From Mobula hypostoma (lineage: Eukaryota): a stretch of DNA of 64,000 nt. Numbering within the stretch: position 1 is the stretch's first letter; the number at the start of each line of letters is the position of its first letter. Positions 1 to 12,758 of the stretch are shown here, piece by piece. The translations under genes were made by a program, and so were the position numbers. Under the pieces are notes generated by a model. The model did no database searches. It had not been told where the DNA came from and worked only from the letters and a program-made list of their open reading frames with translations. The stretch covers positions 111,292,001-111,356,000 of the forward strand of contig NC_086107.1 in the NCBI RefSeq assembly GCF_963921235.1. The letters are read 5' to 3'.

Positions 1-574
1 CATGTGAGCTGATTTCAACGATTAAGAGAAGTTTGGTTAAGTACATCGATGGTAGGGGAGTGGAGGGCTATGGTCCCAGAACAGGTCATTGGGAGTAGGC
101 AGTTAAAATGGCTTAGTATGGACTAGATGGGCCAAAGGGCCTGTTTCTGTGCTGTACTTTTCTATGCCTGTAAGGCTCAATCTTCTCAGTGCAGGGAATG
201 TTCACTAAATAATCAGAATCAAGATTATTATCGCTGCCTTATATAACATGAAATTTGTTGTTTTGCACCAACAAAGGCATAAAATTAATATAAATTACAA
301 AATAAATAAGTAATGCAACATTAAAAAGCAATAGCGAAATAGCGTTCATGGGCTCATGGTGATTGCGGAATCTAATGGAGGGGGGAAGAAGCTCTTTCCT
401 GAATCGTTCACCATTTCTCAACCTCGTCTGGGAGGGACGCTGTGGCTGGGGTATGGTTGTCCATGGATGATTGTGGGAGGGGAGTTTGGTTCAGGACACC
501 TGATTCAGGTCACCTTGCCTGTGTTGCTTGCTAATGCTGGTGTCATCAGAACATGCGTGCATGGTCAACTGAAA

Positions 575-845
575 CTGCTGGTTAAGGCCGTCACCCCTAC
601 TGGGGCATAGGCTGCGGACAGCAGCTCACCCGAGTCCCCGGTCCTGGGCCAGTCTTTCCAGTTGTCCCCAGGTGTAGCCCATCCTCGAAGACCCTTCCTC
701 ATCCAGGGATGAGGTCTTTGGAACTTCTGTTGGTGTTCCTGTAACTCCAGGTTTTAATGGGATGGGGTCGAAAGCCTCGTGCCCAACCCTCCCCCTTTCA
801 CAGCCGGGCTGGGGACTGACCCTGGTGGAGTGTAGATGACACACT
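575..845 (-). mobile_element. Short non-autonomous RTE-LINE derivative (5' end joined to 3' end)
   Basis: Minus strand encodes an RTE-type C-terminus (MGYTWGQLERLAQDRGL) directly downstream of an RTE-like 5' region containing GGAGGGTTGGGC. Confidence 0.6.
781..840 (-). ncRNA. Degenerate twister-ribozyme-like motif
   Basis: Minus strand reads UACA-CUCC-ACC-AGGG-UCAGUCCCCAGCCCGG-CUGUGAAA-GGGG-GAGGG-UUGGGC. This is colinear with the twister pattern UAA-P2-GCC-..-CCGGUCCCAAGCCCGG-..-P2'-GAGGG-P1', with several core substitutions. Confidence 0.5.
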
Positions 846-1532
846 GCCCAGCATCTTTATGAGGGGACACTTAGACACTGCAGATGCTGGCATTCGGGTC
901 AACAAACAATTTGCTGGAAGAGCTTAGCGGGATGACCAGCGTCTGTGGGATGATGTGGAGTTTTGACCCAAAACGTTGATAGTTCCTTTCCTTCCCGCAG
1001 ATGCTGCTGATTTCCTCCAGCAGATTGCCTGTTGGCTCCGGCACCTCAAGTACAAATTTATTGTTACGCATGTATACCGCCAAATGAGACAACGTTCCTC
1101 TGGACCAAGGTACACAGCACAGTACATATAACTCACATAGATTACACGTAAAGTAATATTACCACTAATAATAAGGAGCATTTACGACACAAGGAAAAAG
1201 TAAACAGTATAACGTTACTGGCACTTCCTACGTGATGAGACCTGGGTGGTGGCAGGGAGTTCAACGGTTTTACAGCCGGGTGGGGTGATGGGGAAGAAGC
1301 TGTTTCCCATCCTTACAGTTCTTGTCCAAATGCACCTTTGAGTGTTGTTGCAGTTTGTGTTCACCGTCGTCTCCCTGCCTGTTTAGGCTCCTGGTGTGTC
1401 ACTCTCTCATCCCCAACAAACACCACAGTCGATGTTCCAGGCTAGTGGTTCTCCTGTTTTTATTTCAGATTTCCGGCATCTGCAGATTCTTTTTTGATTT
1501 TTAGCTCAGGGAGCTGTGTGAATTGGGTATCT

Positions 1533-1565
1533 GGTGCCACCTAGTGACTAGTATCTATACTGCAG
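1533..1565 (-). promoter_or_regulatory. Candidate CTCF site with upstream (ZF9-11) module
   Basis: Minus strand CTGCAGTATA-GATAC-TAGTCACTAGGTGGCACC gives a core CACTAGGTGGC plus a CTGCAG module at 5-bp spacing, in apparently non-repeat sequence. Confidence 0.55.
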
Positions 1566-1603
1566 GTACACTGTGGAGCCAGACTTTCTTGATGATACGT
1601 AGG

Positions 1604-2205
1604 ACATAGAACATTACAGCTCAGAACAGGCCCTTCAGCCCACAATGTTGTGCTGACCTGTTAACCTACTCTAAGATCAATTTAACCCTTCCCTCCCACA
1701 TAGGCTTTTTCTTTCATCAATGTACCTAAGTCTCTTAAATGTCTCTAATGTATCCGTCTCTACCACCACCACTGGCAGTGTAAAGAACTTTTCTCTGACA
1801 TCCCCCCTATCCTTTCCTCCATTCACTTTAAAATGATGCCTCTTCATATTAACCACATCTGTCCTGGGAAAAGAGCCTCTGGCTGTCCACTCTATCAATG
1901 TCTCTTATCATCTTGTACAGACCGATCAAGTCACCACTCATCCTACTTTGCTCCAAAGGGGGAAGCCCTAGCTTGCTCAATGTATCCTCCTAAGACATGC
2001 TCTCTAGTCCAGGCAGCATCCTGGTAGACCTCCCCTGCACCCTCTCTAAAGCGTCTACGTCCTTCTAATGAGGTGACCAGAGGTGGACACACTTCCAAGT
2101 GTGGTCTAACCTGACATTTATGGAGTTGCGCATTACCTTGCGACTCTTGAACTTAAACCCCACTACTGAAGACCATAATCCTTCCTAACCACCCTACCAA
2201 CTTGC
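1604..2205 (-). mobile_element. Degraded CR1 LINE 3' fragment
   Basis: Similar to the 3' end of the intact CR1 copy at 49841-50958, with a CATAGAAC tail remnant. Confidence 0.7.
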
Positions 2206-3327
2206 AAGGCAGGTGCCTTGACCCTGAATGGTTTCAACACCTCAGGATGTGTTCTGTTACTGAGGACGGATGCAAAGACCGAGGGAATTCTCACTGACAT
2301 GCTCACTCTCATTCTTCAACCACTTACACCATTGATCTATATAATCTGAGAGTTCACTTTTGTCTTTGGTGAAGATTTTGCTTTGGGACTATTCACTGTT
2401 GCATTTATACTGTTGGCCAGAAGGAACAACAATCTACAAATCAGTGGATTCGGATGAATCAAGGAGAGGGGAAGCAGACATACCAATGGTCTTCGTGAAC
2501 TCCGAACGGATTCCTTCTCTGGGATAATCTAATCAGAGCAATTGAATGTGGACACAAGGAGCTTCAGCTAATGACCTGCTAAACCTGAGACCATTCTCAG
2601 ACGAGTAGCTATTTATTATGTAAAGTGCCAAGACCTACCAAACAAGCAATCTGTAATCTTGTTAAATTTAGTGTTTAGGTCGCCTAATTTCTCTGGTTTA
2701 GACCAGATTTGAAAGGAAACAAATACACAAGGTGGGGGGCGGGGGGGGCAGAAACCATAGAACAAAGTTGGTGGTACCCTTGGACCAGAGCCAGCAGGAA
2801 GGTGACCCAGGTAGGTCAGATGACCTTGAGCCAATGGGATGGAGATCATCAATTCAACTGATGAGGAAGAGTCAGCAACGCCAAGTACTTAATGGCGATG
2901 ACTCTCCAGAGATCAACCATTGCGGACGTGGAGGACCCTACGCACGTGAGGAGATCGGAATGGGACCACCAGGAATGCCTGGCCAGTGTTGACTCCTTTC
3001 CTGGGTAATACCTTTTCTCTTCATTGACTGTTCATGGAGGCTCCGGGAATTCCAGTGGGTGTGCACACAGGTAGTAATTTGTGAACCCACGGACTTTTTA
3101 GCTGAGACGATAAAGTTACTTGTTGGTAAATACTGATTCGTTCTGTGCCTCACTGATCATTATTACAAGGGTAGATCCCTATAACAATGCCATTAACTGG
3201 ATTTCACGGGGATTTCACTAAATGAGTGTTTAGGGAAATTCTAAGGTTGTGAGGCATTGTCTTTGCAATGCACGTGTCATAATACAACTATTATCCTTTT
3301 CAAATTACATACCATCTTAATGAGCTT

Positions 3328-3968
3328 ACACAGTGGATTTTGATTAACTGGGACACATCGAGACCAGTACATTTTGGTCCAATTTAGCTGCTGCCCCAAT
3401 TAGCCAAATTTTCATGGAAGTAGTTAAAAAGGTATAGGAAAAGGACAGACTACCATTTAACTGACTAACAAATTATGTATTTAAATAAAATACAAAACAA
3501 ACTAGAACATGATCAAAGGTACAACAGTATTATAGAACTGTGTATCAGTTCCTAATGGATATCCGCAGAAGAATTCATCCAATGTATGCTGCCGTGTTCC
3601 TTTGATTGACTGTAAATGACCAAATTCAGTGAAGTTATCTTATGCAGATCATGGACTGCCTTCATACAATGCTATCGTCAATTGCATTTTCCAAATCTTC
3701 ATTTTCATTATAACATTCAAGGTGATTTGTTGATACCTTCAAGTTCTTAGTAGTTCCTAACTTGTTGAAGTAGTGAAATTGTTTCACTTTTACTCCCAGC
3801 CATTACTGGCGTCTCCAAGCCTGAATGCTTGATGCCACGGTGAGCAAAACAGTTCTGAATAGTCTTACTGCATATTTCTTACCAACAACCAAAAACAAAA
3901 ATGGTTGCTTTTTGAATATAATCACACACAACTGATATTCTTTTGAAACTGTTCGCTCTAAGCACGAT
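3328..3968. mobile_element. Tigger/pogo-like DNA transposon remnant
   Basis: Begins (A)CAGTGGATTTTGATTAACTGGGACAC after TA and is colinear with the copy at 18024-19735. Confidence 0.55.
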
Positions 3969-4019
3969 GTTGTTGCTGTTGTTCGTCCTTCGTCGTCGAA
4001 GATGACCATGGCTTCAAAG

Positions 4020-4838
4020 TCAAATGGGAGATTGGTGGCTGTGGGTCCGGAGGTGACTGATGAGGCCAATCCGGGCCCTGAAGGCTCGCCCACATGTGGG
4101 ACACAAGTGGGTGGGTGCTGTCATGGCAGTGGATGCTGCTCGGGCCTTGCGCACAGCACGCTTTCGTTGGGCCTCGATGATGCGCCTGACTTCAGCTGCA
4201 CGGGCTCCTGTGGTGATCTTGCTGCGCCAAGCTGGACGGTCGAGGGCAAGCGTCTCCCACGTGTTGATGTCGACACCCAGGCCTTTGAGGGACGCTTTCA
4301 GGCAGAGTTTGTAACGTTTCTTCTGCCCCCCGACTGAGCGCTTGCCCTGACACAGTTCTCCATACAGCAGCTGCTTAGGCAATCGGCTGTCTGGCATTCT
4401 GACCACATGTCCAGCCCACCTGGCTTGGGCTTTCAGCAGGAGGGTGTAGACGCTGCAGAGCCCAGCTCGTTCCAGGATTTCCGTGTTGGGGACTTTGTCC
4501 TGCCACCTGATGTGGAGGAGTCTGCGGACACAGCTCAGGTGAAAGTGGTTGAGCTGTTTGGCGTGTCTGCTGTAGACAGTCCAGGTCTCGCTGGCGTAAA
4601 GGAGGGTGGTAAGGACCACTGCACAGTAGACCTTCAGCTTGGTGGCAAGGCTGAGTCCTCTCCGCTCCCAGACGTTCTCACGGAGTCTCCCAAAGGTGGC
4701 GCTGGCTTTGGAAATCCTGTTGTTGACCTCAGCGTCTATGTTCACTGCGCGAGAGAGTATGCTGCCCAGGTAGGTGAAGTTGTCGACTGCCTGGAGGTTC
4801 TGGCCCTTGTAGAACATAGAATGGGCCATTCGGCCCAC
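4020..4838 (-). CDS. RTE-clade LINE ORF C-terminal part (post-RT region and C2H2 finger); element about 3968-4845, 5'-truncated
   Basis: FTYLGS, TLLYASETW, RWAGHVVRM and terminal HLCPTCGRAFRARIGLISHLRTH motifs; (CAA)-like tail near 3968-3983. Confidence 0.9.
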   Translation of the reverse strand: MGRMAHSMFYKGQNLQAVDNFTYLGSILSRAVNIDAEVNNRISKASATFGRLRENVWERRGLSLATKLKVYCAVVLTTLLYASETWTVYSRHAKQLNHFHLSCVRRLLHIRWQDKVPNTEILERAGLCSVYTLLLKAQARWAGHVVRMPDSRLPKQLLYGELCQGKRSVGGQKKRYKLCLKASLKGLGVDINTWETLALDRPAWRSKITTGARAAEVRRIIEAQRKRAVRKARAASTAMTAPTHLCPTCGRAFRARIGLISHLRTHSHQSPI

Positions 4839-5420
4839 GATGTTGTGCTGACTCTTTGACCCTCTCCGCGATCAATCTAACCCTTCCCTCCTATGCAGCC
4901 CTTAGCCCTCTGTTTTCCTTACATCCATGTATGTATCTAAGAGTCTTTTAATTTATACAGCAAAAAATAGGTCCTTCTAGCCCTTCAGGCTGCACCACCC
5001 AGCAATGCCCCAATTTAATCTTAGTCTAACCACGAGACAATAGACAATGACCAATCAACCTATCAATCAGTACGCCTTTGGATTGTGGAAGGCAACTGGA
5101 GCAACTGGAAAAAAGCCATACTGTCACGGGGCGAACGTACAAATCCTTACAGGCAGCAGCGGGAATTGAACCGGGGTCACTAGTACTGTAAAGCTTTGTG
5201 CTGACCACTAGACTACTGCACCGCCCCACTTGTCCCTCTTGTGTCAGCCACACCAGTGTTTATTGTCCACTTGTAGGTACCAGAACTGAGATGCTGGCGA
5301 AGAGTTGATTACCTATATCGATGGCTATAAGTTTACATAGACGATATTCAGAGTAAGGGCAGCAAACCTCCTACCCCAAAGGACATTAGAGAACATAGAA
5401 CACAGAACATAGAACATAGA

Positions 5421-6195
5421 ACAACACACAAAAACACACGAGATTCTGCAGATGCTGGAAATCCAAAACAACACACACAAAATGCTAGGGGATCTCAGCA
5501 GGTCAGGCAGCACCTACGGAAATTAAGAGTTGATGTTTTGGACTGAGACCCTTCATCAGGACTGGGAGGGGAAAGACAGCAGAATCTGGAGGGATGGGAA
5601 GGAGGAGAGCTAGCAGGTAATAGATGTAGCCAAGTGGTTGAGAAAGGTAAAGGGCTAGAGAAGAAGGACTTTGATAGGAGAGGAGAGTGGACCTTGGGAG
5701 AAAGGGAAGGAGGAAGAGACCCAGGGGGAGATGATAGGCAGCTGAGAAGGGGTAAAAGTTAGAGTGGGGAATAGTGGAAGGGTGGTGGGTGAATGTTGTT
5801 TTCTGGGTGGAGAAATTGACATTCATGCCATTGGGTTGGAGGCTACCAACATGATGGAAATCATGTTGAAGGAATCCAATAGGAGAGGAGAGTGGACCAT
5901 GGGAGAAAGGGGGAGAAGGAGGGGCACCAGTTGGAGGTTATAGGCAGGTAAGTGGCCAGAGTGGGGAATAGAAAAAGAGGGAATGGGGAGGGAAAGAGAA
6001 TAAAAGTACTGGAAGAAGAAATCGATGTTCATGCCATCAGGTTGGAGGCTACCTAGACAGAATATAAGGTGTTGCTCCTCCACCCTGTGTGTGGCCTCAT
6101 CGTGGCAGAAGAGGAGGCAATGGACCAACATGTCGGAACAGGAATGGGGATAGCAATTCAAATAGTTGGTTACCAGGGAATTCCGCTTTTTGTGG
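5421..6195 (-). mobile_element. Penelope-like element 3' region and pseudo-LTR, partly duplicated
   Basis: Encodes HSCSDMLVHCLLFCHDEATHRVEEQHLIFCLGSLQPDGMNIDF (GIY-YIG C-terminus); degenerate hammerhead motif near 5527-5564. Confidence 0.8.
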
Positions 6196-6540
6196 GTGGA
6201 GTGGAACAGGAACACGACAGCACATACAGGCCCTTCAGCCCACGATGTTTTAACCCATTCCAAAATCAATCTAACCTTGCCTTCCCACACAGCCCTCCAG
6301 TTTACTTTCATCCATGATTCTCCCAAAGGTTCCTATTAGATCTGCCTCTACCCCCATTCACAGCAGCGTGTTCCATGTATCCGTCACTCTCTGTATGAAA
6401 AACCTATCTTTTGACATCTCCTTCAATCACCTTAAAAGCATATACTCCAATATTAGCTATTTCAACTCTGGGAGCAAAAGGCTCTGGTTGCCCACTCTAT
6501 CTATGCCTTTTACCATCTTACGCATCTCCATCAAGAGGAT

Positions 6541-6850
6541 AGCACGGTAGCGCATCGCTTCCTAGCACCAGTGATCACTTACTGAGGTTCAATTCCCGCC
6601 ACTGTCTGTAAGGAGTTTGAACGTTCTCCCCGTGACCGCGTGGGTTTCCTCCGGGTGCCCCGGTTTCCTCCGCATTCCAAAGGCGTATGGGCTAGGGTTA
6701 GTGAGTTGTGGGCACGCTCTGATGGCAGTGGAAGTGTGGAGACACTTGCAGACTGATCCCAGCACAATGCTTGCTGATTTGATTTGACACGAATGACATG
6801 TTTCACTGTATGTGTCAGTGATCTGATGTACACATGTCAAATAAAGCTAA
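6541..6850 (+). mobile_element. V-SINE (tRNA-derived). Related copies at about 4975-5225(-), 25845-26110(+), 33000-33215(-), 42410-42640(+), 43830-44105(+), 54590-54870(+), 55468-55775(+), 62490-62720(-), 63030-63200(-)
   Basis: B-box GGTTCAATTCC followed by the V-domain TCCCCGTGACCGCGTGGGTTTCCTCCGGGTGC..CCGGTTTCCTCC. Confidence 0.75.
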
Positions 6851-7129
6851 TCGCTAACCACCTCACATCTGAGGTTGGCAAAGCTTGTGGACGTTATAAT
6901 CATTTGATGAAAGCCAGCCAGCAGAAGGCAGCAGTGGTTCAGGGCCAGCGCTCTTTTGGAGAGAGGATGCTGTGTTTCACTCCCAAGCTAAAACAAAGTC
7001 TCAGTTGCTACATACAGGAGTGAAACAGTGCAGAAAACGGGGTCTCTACGCTGACATCCTATATACACTCACAGTTGGGCTTCACACAAAATGCTCCTGT
7101 TAACTTCTGTACTCCAAAGAAAGATTAAT

Positions 7130-8180
7130 TCTGCAGAGGCCGGGAAACCCAGAGCAACACACACAAGGCGCTGGAGGAACTCAGCAGATCAGGCAGCATC
7201 TATGGAAGGGGAATAAACAGTCAAAGTTTTGGGCTGAGACCCTTCCTCAGGACTGGAGAGGAAGAGGAAAGAGGCCAGAATAATGTGTGTTTGGGTACAG
7301 GGGGAAGGAGATCCAGTAGTTGATAGGTGAGACCAGGTGAGGAGAACATGAGTGGGAGAGGAGGTGATAGGTGGAGAGGGTAAAGGACTGGAGGAGGAAG
7401 TATTTGACTGGAGAGTGAACCATGGGAGAAAGGGAAGGAGGAGGGGCACCAGAGAGAGATGATAGGCAGGTGAGGAGAAGGGAAGGGGTAAGAAAGGAGC
7501 CAGAATGGAGAATGGGAAAAGAGAGGAGGGTGAAGGGGGAGAAATTATCAGAAGCTAGATGCTCATGTCATCAGGTTGGAGGCTCACAGACAGAAAATGC
7601 AGGAGGAACTTCAGCATCTGTGGAAGGGAATAAATGGTTGACTTTTCATGCAGAGATTTTTCATCAGGCCAGGAAGCTATGGAGACAGGATCTGAGGTGT
7701 TGCTCCTCCAACCGGGGAGTGGCCTCATTGTGGTACTCAAGGAGGCTGTGGACCAACTGGAGGAATAAGAGTGGAAAGTCAAATTGAAATGATTGGCCAC
7801 AAAGAAATCACACTTTTTGTGGTGGACAGAGTGAAGGTGCTCGGCGAAGAGATCCCCCAATCTATGTCCTTTATCCCGAGTGCAGAGGAGGCTGCAATGG
7901 GAGCACTGACCCCAACAGACTCGCTGGTGAGGTGTTGCCTTATTTGCAAGAACTGTTTGGGGCCCTGAATGGGGGTGAGGGAGGAGCTGTAGGGGCAGGT
8001 GTAGAACTTGCCATGCTCGCAGGGGTAAGTGCCAGGAGGGAGATCAGGGGGGAGAAACTGGTGGACAAGGCAGTCGTGTAGAGAGCGATCGCAGCAGAAA
8101 GTTTTGAGTTGAGGGAAGGGAGAGAAGTGGTAGGATCCCATTGAAGATGGTGGAAGTTGCAGAGAATGAAGTGTAGAATT
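7130..8180 (-). mobile_element. Penelope-like element, GIY-YIG endonuclease remnant and pseudo-LTR
   Basis: Frameshifted PPGTYPC..YTCPYSSSLTPIQGPKQ..GDLFAEHLHSV..VANHFN. Confidence 0.85.
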
Positions 8181-8423
8181 TTAAGTTCAAGTTTATTGCA
8201 GTTCAATTGTACACATGTATACTGCTAAATGATGTAATGTACTTCAGGGATCAAGGTGCAAAACACAGTACCTATATCACATACAGCACATAAAATAATA
8301 TTAACACAATAACAACAGATGAAGTATTCTGTAGATGTACAAGCTGACACAGAGGGCATATATGATATAGTTAAATATACAATGGTATTACAGTTACTGA
8401 TGCTGTAATCAATAATGTGATAG

Positions 8424-8717
8424 TTAAAGTTAAAGTCTGTTCTGAGCCTTATAGGCTCATCAGGCTGGTGCTTATGCCGGTTTCCATTGCGTGAAGCAAC
8501 TGAGAGTACGAGACTTGCCCCCCGGATAGGACGCCAGTCTATCATGTGGTTAACCCCCAGCATTTTTGCCGGTACCTGTTTTCAGCTGGGTGGACTGGAG
8601 CAGTGTGTGATTAAGTGCCTTGATCAAGGACACAACACGTCGCCTCGGCTGGGGCTCGAACTCACAACTTTCAGATTACTAGTCCAACACCTTAACCACT
8701 TGGCCACACGCCACTCA
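8424..8717 (-). mobile_element. tRNA-derived SINE
   Basis: Minus-strand A-box TGGCCAAGTGG and B-box GAGTTCGAGCC, then GTGTCCTTGATCAAGGCACTTAA; (TTTAAC) tail. Confidence 0.75.
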
Positions 8718-8739
8718 ATAATGTGTACTGGGTGATAAC

Positions 8740-9272
8740 AGGGGTTACACAGCCTGGGGTAAGAAGCTATCACCTAGCCTAACAATCCTTGTTCTTCTAC
8801 TGTGGTAACTCCTGCCTGATGGTAGGAGGTCAAGGAGAGGGTGGACAGATGGGAAGAGCCTTTGACAATGTTGAGGGCTCTGCAAACTCAGCACTTCTGG
8901 TGTATGCCTCGGATGGGGGGAGGTGGAGAGACACCCCGATGATTCTCTCAGCAGTCTTCACAATCCATTGCCGGGTCTTGAGGTCAGATGCCTTGCAATT
9001 CCCACGCCGGACAGTGATACGGCTGGCCAGGACGCTCTCAATGGCGCTCCAGTAGAACGTGGCCAGAAGGCAGGTGGGGAGCCTCACTCGCCTCGATCTC
9101 CTCAGGAGGTGGAGGCACTGTTGTGCTTTCTTGCCAAAAGAGGGTGGTTTTGGTGACCAGGTGAGATCATTAGTGATGGGCACTCCAAGAAACTTGGTGC
9201 TCCTGGCTCACTCCATCAAGGAGCCATTAATGAGCAGTAGGGAGAGGTCAGCCTGCACCTTCCTGAAGTCCA
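8740..9272 (-). mobile_element. Older Rex1/Babar-type LINE 3' fragment
   Basis: ITNDLTWS..KKAQQCLHLLRR..FYWSAIESVL..VKTAERIIG. Confidence 0.75.
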
Positions 9273-9664
9273 CTCCAGCTATTGTGAGTCTTGCTGGTGT
9301 CAGTGATGCCTTCCTGTGAGTAATTGCCTTCTTGAAATAGCTAAACCTTGAATGCCTTCATTGGGACTATTGGTTAATGGCCAATATAAATGAATAATTG
9401 CTTAGATATTTTATTTATATTCATCAGAGTGATCACAGTGAATTTTGAATCGTGCTAAAGTGCATCCAATATTTGTGGTAGTCCGTGAGTGTTTATATGA
9501 TACAGGCTGGGTCGGGGAAAAGATTACAGTGGGACTGGAGAAAAGGTTCCAGCATGCGCTGAACGTCTCCGTGGGAAAATGCAACACCCTCACCAGTTTC
9601 TGGGAATCCTTGGCCCATGGTCAATCAAAGTTGAGAAAGAGATTTAGGATGGTATTGGAAAAAG

Positions 9665-10230
9665 ATGAGGAGAATGGGCAAAAAAATGGCAGATGAAATA
9701 CTCAGAAGGGAAGTGTATGGTCATGGACTTTGGTAGAAGGACTAGAATGTGGACTATTTTCTAAACAGGGTGCAAATTCATAAATCAGAAGTACAAAGGG
9801 TCTTGCGCAGGATTCCCTAAAGGATAACTTGTAAGTTGAGTCAGTAGTAATGAATGCAGAGGCAATGTTAACATTCGTTTCAAAATGACAAGAACATAAA
9901 GGAAAGGATATACTGCTGAGGCTTTATAAGGCATTGGTCAGACCACGTTTGGAGTATTGTCAGCAGCTTTGGGTCCCTTATCTAAGAAAGGATGTGCTGG
10001 CATTGAGGAGGGTCCAGAGGAGATTTACAAGTAGGAACCTTGGAATGAAAGGGTTAAGTGTGCAAAGTATTTGGTGGCTCTGGTCCTGTACTCACTGGAG
10101 ATCAGAAGAATGAGTGTAAACTCATTGAAACCTAAGGAATATTGAAAGGCTTAGATAGTGTGGACGTGGAGAGGATTTTCCAAAAGAGTCTAAGACCAGA
10201 CGACATGGCTTCTGTGTAGGAAACTTACCT
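9665..10230 (+). mobile_element. Degraded CR1 LINE RT 3' fragment
   Basis: Recognisable LYKALVRPRLEYCQQLW-type coding with stops. Confidence 0.75.
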
Positions 10231-10298
10231 TTGATGCACCCCAACTACACCCCTCCCCAATATACTTTCCTTCTGTCACCTTAAAAGAATGTACTCTC

Positions 10299-11157
10299 TG
10301 TTACGTACCCCATAACTGGGTTGCCAAACCAGCAGAAATGGATCACTCAGTTGGAGTCTGGAGTACTAGAACTAAGAAAGTTTTATTAAAGAAACAAGCA
10401 ACACAGTAATCGAAAGGATAATAAATGCAACAATTCAACAATGATAACCACACATGTGCACAGAATTAAGATAACAGCATCAATCAAGCTCTATCGTTGT
10501 CTAGGGGTAAATGACCAATTTCAAAATGACTCAAAGTTCAGTCCAGTTTGTAGTTCAGTTCGCAGTAATCGTTGCCATGGCGGTGGACAACGTGGGGGAA
10601 GAGAGAGATAGAATAGGAACAACTCATCATTCAGAACGGCTTCACTCACAGACCAGCGAGATGGTTCACAAACAGCATTTGGGCGGGTCCTTGGTGATGT
10701 CACCTGAGGTCACCGACTGTGACCCCTCCTCCAGATGCGGTCGATCCTCTGCAGTGAACCCGGCACCCAGGCAAGGGCGGACACACACCGGGTTCCCGCT
10801 GATCGTACCTTTCCACCCTGTGCGTTGTCTGGGACTTCTCACCCACTCGTGAGAAGCGTACCGCTTCCAGGGTCTCGTTACCTCGGGTGGCGTGTGTGTC
10901 TGCCTTAGCGAACCTGTCCCTTTTTATCCCCCTGCTGGGGTATCGCCTGTCCATCACTTCAAACAGTTCAGGGTTCAAAGGGGGGAGCCGCTCCAGACAG
11001 CTCTTCCTCCCACATCCCTTCATTACACATCTCCAGACGCTGCTCCATTGTTCCTTATCTCTCCTTCCCCTGAGGGCAGGTGGCAGACCAACTGCTGATG
11101 CCACTGATGCTAGCCCAGGCCAGCAAACATCTTAATTTTATGTGTATTCTCGTAACA
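10299..11157 (-). mobile_element. Solo LTR (859 bp, Gypsy/ERV-type) inserted in a CR1 fragment
   Basis: Termini TGTTACG...CGTAACA; 4-bp TSD TCTC (10295-10298 and 11158-11161); minus-strand GATAAAAAG TATA-like box (~10925) and AATAAA (~10385). Confidence 0.85.
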
Positions 11158-11569
11158 TCTCATATTAGTCATTGCCATCCTGGGATAAAGTCTCTGGCTG
11201 TCCACTCGATCTGTGTCTCTTATCATCTTATACACCTCAGTTAAGCCTCCCCTTATCCTCTTTCACAGCAAAGAGAAAAGCTCTAGCTCACTTCACTTTT
11301 CCTTATAAGGCATACTCTTTAATCCAGGCAGCGTCCTGGTAAATCTCCTCTGACCTCTCTAAAGCTTCCACATCTTTGCCAATGAGGTACCCAATACTCC
11401 GGTGTGGTCTAATCATAGTCTTATACAGCTGCAACATTGCCTCGTGGCTCTTGAATCAGAATCAGGTTTAATATCACCGGCATATGTCATGAAATTTGTT
11501 AACTTAGTGGCAGCAGTACAATATAATACATGATAATATATTAAAAAATCAATTACAGTAAGTACTGTA

Positions 11570-12758
11570 ATCGTCTACCTGCTGAACCGTGTCTATGCCC
11601 ACCTGGACAAGCCAGCGAGCACTGCGAGGGTCATGTTTTTTTGACTTCCCCAGTGCGTTCAACACCATCGGCCCTGCTCTGCTGGGGGAGAAGCTGACAG
11701 CGATGCAGGTGGATGCTTTCCTAGTGTCATAGATTCTTGATTATCTGACTGGCAGACCAAAGTACGTGTGCTTGCAACACTGTGTGTCCGACAGAGTGAT
11801 CAGCAGCACTGGGGCTCCACAGGGGACTGTCTTGTCTCCCTTTCTCTTCACCATTTACACCTCGGACTTCAACTACTGCACAGAGTCTTGTCATCTTCAG
11901 AAGTTTTCTGATGACCCTGCCATAGTTGGATGCATCAGCAAGGGAGATGAGGCTGAGTACAGGGCTACGGTAGGAAACTTTGTCACATGGTGTGAGCAGA
12001 ATTATCTGCAGCTTAATGTGAAAAAGGTTAAGGAGCTGGTGGTAGACCTGAGGAGAGCTAAGGTACCCGTGACCTCTGTTTCCATCCAGGGGGTCAGTGT
12101 GGACATGGTGGAGGATTACAAATACCTGGGGATACGAATTGACAATAAACTGGACTGGTCAAAGAACACTGAGGCTGTCTACAAGAAGGGACAGAGCCAT
12201 CTCTATTTCCTAAGGAGACTGAGGTCCTTTAATACCTGCCGGACGATGCTGAGGATGTTCTACGAGTCTGTGGTGGCCAGTGCTATCATGTTTGCTGTTG
12301 TGTGCTGGGGCAGCAGGCTGAGGGTAGCAGACACCAACAGAATCAGCAAACTCATTCGTAAGGCCAGTGATGTTGTGGGGATGGAACTGGACTCTCTCAC
12401 GGTGGTGTCTGAAAAGAGGATGCTGTCCAAGTTGAATGCCATCTTGGACAATGTCTCCCATCCACTACATAATGTACTGGGTGGGCACAGGAGTGCATTC
12501 AGCCAGAGACTCATTCCACCGAGATGCAACACAGAGCGTCATAGGAAGTCATTCCTGCCTGTGGCCATCAAACTTTACAACTCCTCCCTTGGAGGGTCAG
12601 ACACCCTGAGCCAATAGGCTGGTCCTGGACTTATTTCCTGGCATAATTTACATATTACTATTTAACTATTTATGGTTTTATTACTATTTATTATTTATGG
12701 TGCAACTGTAACGAAAACCAATTTCCCCCAGGATCAATAAAGTATGACTATGACTATG
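11570..12758 (+). mobile_element. Young Rex1/Babar LINE, 5'-truncated (ORF 11766-12617)
   Basis: GAPQGTVLSPFLFTIYTSDF..QKFSDD RT motifs; AATAAA followed by (ATGACT)n tail. Confidence 0.9.

Noticed and set aside
2328..2409. Minus-strand exon-like segment with a good acceptor and GTAAGT donor
   Set aside because: It has stops in all three frames and cannot be supported as coding.
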